A stretch of DNA of 64,000 nucleotides from Candidatus Latescibacterota bacterium (GTDB lineage Bacteria; Latescibacterota; UBA2968). The DNA is taken from NCBI GenBank assembly GCA_965204745.1, contig OZ242010.1:4928001-4992000 (forward strand), given 5' to 3'. Both the position numbers and the translations under genes were made by a program. The notes beneath the pieces are model-generated. The model searched no databases, was not told the origin of the DNA, and was given only the letters and a program-made list of their open reading frames with translations. The stretch's first letter is position 1. Each line of letters begins with the position of its first letter. Shown here one piece after another: positions 59,668 to 64,000 of this stretch.

Positions 59668-60990
59668 CTAAAATTTCAACCTCGGGAGAATGCGCGCGGG
59701 GACGAGGCGACGATATTCATCCCAATACGCGCCGTACTTTTGCCGGCAACGCTCTTCGTCGCGCCGGGCGCGATGGACCAACAAAATCGTCAGAAAAATC
59801 ACGTAAAAATAGGGCGAGAAGTGCGAAAACAGAGCTGGCACCGTCCAAAAGAAGGCCGCCAAAATTTCCGGCGCGTAGTGAAAGTGCCGCGCCACGCCCC
59901 ACCAACCGGACGCCAACAAAACGGTCTCTTTTTCCGTGCCATCTTCCGCGCGATACTTAGCGGCAATAAGCCGCGGCTTTTTCCCCCAGATCGCGCATTC
60001 GCCGCCCGTTGCCCGGACGACCTGACGTTGTCTATCGGCAAAATAGTTGATCATCACCGCCCCCATTCCTAAGACCGCGATCCCGGCCGACCACGCCATA
60101 CCCAGATGATGCGGGTGATGCACCAAGTACAAAATGGGCGATGTATAAATCGCCGGCACCCATACCAAACACCCCCAGCAAATCATAAATCCGGCTCGGT
60201 CATGCATGATGTCAATCGAACAGAGATAACCCGTTTCCCATACAAAAAATTTTACCAAATAAGTCAGCATGACGATTAGGGCCACCACCATCGAATCGCT
60301 CAAACCGCCGAGCTCGGCCTGCTTTGCCGCAAACGACAACACGATGATCGGCCACCCCATCAAGCCAAAGCGACAATTGGTGAACATCTTGACGTCCCAG
60401 CCCAATATGCGCGGGTATAGTTCCGTTCCCCAGTAATAATCGAAAATAAAATTGCCGCTCAGCCCTCCATCCGGCCCAGAGGGAAAAAACCGACCCTTGC
60501 AGTACAGCAGCAAACAGAACGCCAAACTAAAGACATTCAACGCCCCGATAATACCCGCAAAATGGTCATAGACGATAGTCGGCGCGAACCAGTTGAACAC
60601 AAAGCCACCCAAAAGGAACGCGCCCAGCGAAATCAAAAAACACGCCACGCCATTGGCGCGGTATATCGGCACATAACCCTTCGGTGTGGTCGGCCCGCAA
60701 AAGCGCCGCCCCGGCACCAAGCGCATCAACAACAACTGCACCGCAGCAAAAGTGCCGATGATTTTCCATCCAGCCGCCGTGCCCCAGACGACCGGTTCCC
60801 ATACCGACACCAGTTCAACAAAAAAACCAACGGCGAGGACCTGCTCTGCAAAGGATGCCACCGAGCCTTGGTATTTCACATTGATCTCCCACATCAACAA
60901 GACCGTCGGGAGGCAACAAATCATCAAGAACAGCGGTGCCAGCGTATAGTGAAAAAGATGCCGTGTCTTATTTTTAAGTCGAGGATCCAT
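59668..60990 (-). CDS. Sterol delta-7 reductase (7-dehydrocholesterol reductase, ERG4/ERG24 family)
   Basis: YRANG, DYYWGTELYPR, DVKMFTNCRFG, DIMHDRAGF, LASGWWGVARHFHY, HRARRDEERC..KYG..W..Y. Confidence 0.92.
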   Translation of the reverse strand: MDPRLKNKTRHLFHYTLAPLFLMICCLPTVLLMWEINVKYQGSVASFAEQVLAVGFFVELVSVWEPVVWGTAAGWKIIGTFAAVQLLLMRLVPGRRFCGPTTPKGYVPIYRANGVACFLISLGAFLLGGFVFNWFAPTIVYDHFAGIIGALNVFSLAFCLLLYCKGRFFPSGPDGGLSGNFIFDYYWGTELYPRILGWDVKMFTNCRFGLMGWPIIVLSFAAKQAELGGLSDSMVVALIVMLTYLVKFFVWETGYLCSIDIMHDRAGFMICWGCLVWVPAIYTSPILYLVHHPHHLGMAWSAGIAVLGMGAVMINYFADRQRQVVRATGGECAIWGKKPRLIAAKYRAEDGTEKETVLLASGWWGVARHFHYAPEILAAFFWTVPALFSHFSPYFYVIFLTILLVHRARRDEERCRQKYGAYWDEYRRLVPARILPRLKF

Positions 60991-61089
60991 CCGTCCATCC
61001 CGTTTTCAGCGCGCCTGTCTGGTCGGCTACAAATTCTTGAATTGCGTGCGCCGCATAAATTCCTGCCCTTCCCCTCTTGTATCTTGGAA

Positions 61090-61275
61090 GTAAGGGTTAA
61101 TTAGGAGTTGCGCCCTCGTATCGAGATAAGCCATCTTGATGCCCGGCTCGGGGAAGGCCGGCCCCTCTTGAAGGCGATGACCTTGTAGGTAAGATAGGCC
61201 CCCCGACCGCCGGGTCTATGCCGAAGAGTATCTAAGCCCCTTGAGGCTGCATATACAAGACCGGTAGACTTGGCG
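61090..61275 (+). ncRNA. Predicted IS110 bridge RNA
   Basis: Two stem-closed internal loops carrying GGCCCCTCT/AGGTAAG (target) and AGAGTATCT/ATACAAG (donor) guides; ends are approximate. Confidence 0.8.
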
Positions 61276-61344
61276 TCAATGGTCGGGACGCGACCCCGAG
61301 CGCGCACCAGATCCCTTACAACCCCCTCATCACAGGAGGCCCCC

Positions 61345-62352
61345 ATGTCGAAATCTCACCCCGCTTTTGCCGGCATTGATGTCAGTGCCCGCACGTTGTC
61401 CGTTGCCCTGTCCAGACCCGGACAAGCTGTCATGCAAGCGACCTTTGCCAATGATCCCCAAGCGCATAAGCGGTTGCTGAAGTGGCTCACGAAGGGCGGG
61501 CACATGGTCTCTGTGTGCCTCGAAGCGACCGGGCTTTACAGTTTGGGGGTGGCCTTGGCCTTGCATCGGCATCGCCACACAAAGGTCATGGTCGTCAATC
61601 CCAAAGCGATGAGCAAGTACGCCCAAGCCTGCATGCAACGGGCGAAGACGGATGCGAAGGATGCGTTGTTGATCCTCGACTATGCCGAGCGCATGCCTTT
61701 TGTGCCTTGGCAAGCGCCGAGCGAGCAACGGCTTCAACTGCAAGCCCTCACCAGACGCATTGACCAACTCAAGCAGGAGATCATCCGCGAACAGAGCCGC
61801 AACCACGCGCAGAGCTACCACATCCGCAGCACACGTCTCATCGCACGCGATATTCAGGTGAATATTCGACACTTCAAACGCCGGATTGCATACTTGGAAA
61901 GCCAAGCCCTCGATCTCGTTTTGCACGATGAGCCCCTCAAGCGTGCCTACCAACGCCTCTGCTCGACGCCTGGCATCGCGCAAACGAGTGCCTTGCGGCT
62001 CTTGGCCGAGTTGACCCTTTTGCCAGAGGAGATGCAACCGCCCCAGTGGGTCGCACATGCAGGCCTGGATCCCAAACCCAAACAATCCGGAACCGCCAAT
62101 CCACAAAGACGCATCTCGAAAACCGGGAATAAGTACCTCCGCCATGCCCTCTATATGCCTGCCTGGGTGGCCATCAGACACGAAGGCCATGTCAAAGCCT
62201 TCTATGACCAACTCATCGCCCGCGGCAAGAAACCTTTGCAGGCTATCGTTGCGGTGATGCGAAAGTTGCTCCATTCGATCTGGGGCATGTTGCGCCATGA
62301 CCAAGATTTTGAGGGCGAAAAATTCTATCGAATCACCCCGAAAACCCCTTGA
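61345..62352 (+). CDS. IS110 family DEDD recombinase/transposase
   Basis: GIDVS, LEATG, KTDAKDA, PGI, AGLDP..KQSG, ISKTGN..LR..LY, AVMRKL; AGGAGG RBS. Confidence 0.95.
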   Translation: MSKSHPAFAGIDVSARTLSVALSRPGQAVMQATFANDPQAHKRLLKWLTKGGHMVSVCLEATGLYSLGVALALHRHRHTKVMVVNPKAMSKYAQACMQRAKTDAKDALLILDYAERMPFVPWQAPSEQRLQLQALTRRIDQLKQEIIREQSRNHAQSYHIRSTRLIARDIQVNIRHFKRRIAYLESQALDLVLHDEPLKRAYQRLCSTPGIAQTSALRLLAELTLLPEEMQPPQWVAHAGLDPKPKQSGTANPQRRISKTGNKYLRHALYMPAWVAIRHEGHVKAFYDQLIARGKKPLQAIVAVMRKLLHSIWGMLRHDQDFEGEKFYRITPKTP

Positions 62353-62417
62353 CCTTTTAAGAGAGTATCTTACCTCTTGCCTCTTGCGTCTCACCTCTCC
62401 CGCCCCCCCTCTCCCGC

Positions 62418-64000
62418 CTATTCGTCCATCTGCGCTTTGGTCGCTACTGCGCGCACGGCTTTGATGCCCAGCCGATCTTCGAGTTGTTTCAAGTACAAAC
62501 TGCGCGGGCGCACCTTTTGCCCGTGCGATTCCCAATAGCCATCCGCGCGTGCGTGCCACCCGTCTCGCTTTTCGCCGATGCAACCGATGGCGTAATTCTG
62601 CGAGGTCGGCGGCTTTTGCACCACAAAGCTCTCTGCTTCGCAATTCCACAACACCTTTTGGGCACCTGCCCAACCGTGCCCCGTGCCCGAGCTTTGCCTG
62701 TCCTGCACATTGATCGCATTGCCCTTTACAACCACATTGTCAAACAGCGTGCCCACAGACCAGCGGTGATGCGGCCCGGTGTCGGAATGCGCGATGTCTG
62801 CCACGCAATCGACAAACGCATTTGGCCCCGGCACCCGCGCGTGCAACACGTAATCGTGCCGGCCGCGGCGGGTATAACACCGCTGTACCAGCGACAACTG
62901 CCCGTGAATGGGAAACGAATACCGCCGGGAGCCCGTGATGAGCGACACGGGATCCAAACACTGGCAATCCTGCACGGTCATCCATTTGGCGTGCGTCCCA
63001 ACCGTCACGCACGCATACCCAAAGTGAACCGCGGTCACATTGCGCGCCCATGCATTTTGCACCTTTGAAAACGCGACAAAATTCCAAGCGTGGTCTTCAT
63101 CGACAAACTCGCCCTCGCGCCGGCGGTCTTTTTGACGCGCATCAAATTCCGATATGCCGCGCAAATGCTCGATGCCCACCTGTTCGATCCGCCCGGGATA
63201 CGCGTACTTGTACACCCACCCGCCGCCGTATTCGCGTTCAAGCGCATTGCCCATCGGCGCGTCAATGGTCAGCCGATTGCCATCGATCTCGGTCACGATG
63301 CGGTCAAACCGAAAATCGTAAGCCCCTGGTCGCCATTGCTGAACCTTGGGATGGGCCATCTCGATGCGGTCCATCCCAATCGCGGCGATCCACTTTTCAG
63401 TGCTCGGACGATGCACGATCACCGCGTCGCCCACTTCAAAATGAGACGCATCCGCGACCTCAAACGTCCGCGTTCCAACCGCAACGTATTCATCGACTAT
63501 CGCCTGTCGCGTTCCGTCCACCTCTCGCGGCCCTCGCCCCTGCCCTTCAAAGGTGATCAATGTGCGCTGTCCTTTTCCGGTGGCGATCAACGCGGTGCCA
63601 TCCTCGGCCGCGCCCTCTCCGCGCAATACCACGCCACTCGCCCGGATGTGGAGCGTGCCGCCAATCCGATACGCGCCGCGCCTTAGCAACAACACCCCGC
63701 GAAATCCACGGGCGTCCAATGCGCGTTTGGACACGGCGTCAATCGCGGCTTGCAATCGGTCTGTATCATCCCCTTCTGCGCTCGGCTGAACCACCATCAC
63801 CACCGGCACATCTGGCAGGGCCACACCGCCGCCCATGTACCCGCAATGCGAAAAATCGGGAATCGCGTTTCCCCGTTCATCTGGCATGTACACCAGCCGC
63901 CCATCGGCACCCGGATACACCAACCCGCTGTAATTCCCCTCGGCCCGCACAGTGCCGACGCACACCAAGACCAGTGCCAATACGCCCATAAATCCCAACA
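62418..64000 (-). CDS. Secreted pectate-lyase-like (beta-helix) carbohydrate-active protein; start at or beyond the window edge
   Basis: IPDFSHCGY.GG, DDTDRLQAAID, SGVVLRGEG, GPHHRW, GHGWAGA, PRSLYLKQL. Confidence 0.75.
   Translation of the reverse strand, partial: LGFMGVLALVLVCVGTVRAEGNYSGLVYPGADGRLVYMPDERGNAIPDFSHCGYMGGGVALPDVPVVMVVQPSAEGDDTDRLQAAIDAVSKRALDARGFRGVLLLRRGAYRIGGTLHIRASGVVLRGEGAAEDGTALIATGKGQRTLITFEGQGRGPREVDGTRQAIVDEYVAVGTRTFEVADASHFEVGDAVIVHRPSTEKWIAAIGMDRIEMAHPKVQQWRPGAYDFRFDRIVTEIDGNRLTIDAPMGNALEREYGGGWVYKYAYPGRIEQVGIEHLRGISEFDARQKDRRREGEFVDEDHAWNFVAFSKVQNAWARNVTAVHFGYACVTVGTHAKWMTVQDCQCLDPVSLITGSRRYSFPIHGQLSLVQRCYTRRGRHDYVLHARVPGPNAFVDCVADIAHSDTGPHHRWSVGTLFDNVVVKGNAINVQDRQSSGTGHGWAGAQKVLWNCEAESFVVQKPPTSQNYAIGCIGEKRDGWHARADGYWESHGQKVRPRSLYLKQLEDRLGIKAVRAVATKAQMDE

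Larger units (their letters stand above)
61078..62370 (+). mobile_element. IS110-family element (IS621-like) with 5' non-coding region
   Basis: CT core at 61076-61077 and 62369-62370; predicted circle junction AGAGTATCT|TGTAT; no terminal IRs. Confidence 0.9.

Noticed and set aside
59513-61069. 61-bp repeat pair as a DGR TR/VR
   Set aside because: Only 3 mismatches, not consistently at adenines of one copy; the copy lies at a gene 5' end; no RT nearby
1-64000. tRNA, rRNA, integron or prophage
   Set aside because: None recognised by eye; tRNAscan, Infernal and IntegronFinder were not run

Overview
Bacterial chromosomal window of moderate to high GC. Gene content points to an FCB-superphylum (Latescibacterota/Gemmatimonadota-like), probably sponge- or host-associated organism; this is inferred from GWxTD, DUF5686 and UPF0182 proteins, a DUF6785-type membrane protein, two PhyH dioxygenases, sulfatase/GH2, an LRR-Fn3-Ig-dockerin surface protein and a eukaryote-like sterol reductase. 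The left half (1-34.5 kb) is dense in defence genes interleaved with housekeeping genes: type I hsdM, a paired ATPase + ATPase-TPR module, GmrSD, three R-M genes wedged between parE and parC, an AvaI/BsoBI-like pair, a hypothetical + HEPN pair and a fused type IIG/BcgI-like enzyme. The right half shows erosion: xseA is IS-disrupted and 5'-truncated, nadK is chimeric, and there are several gene relics. Four IS elements (IS982, two IS5-family, IS110) and several families of intergenic heptamer and mosaic repeats are present. The clearest result is an intact-looking IS110 element whose bridge-RNA guide segments can be read from the sequence and match both its own donor junction and its target, a genomic heptamer repeat array. 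Protein calls rest on motif recognition only; no database searches were run.
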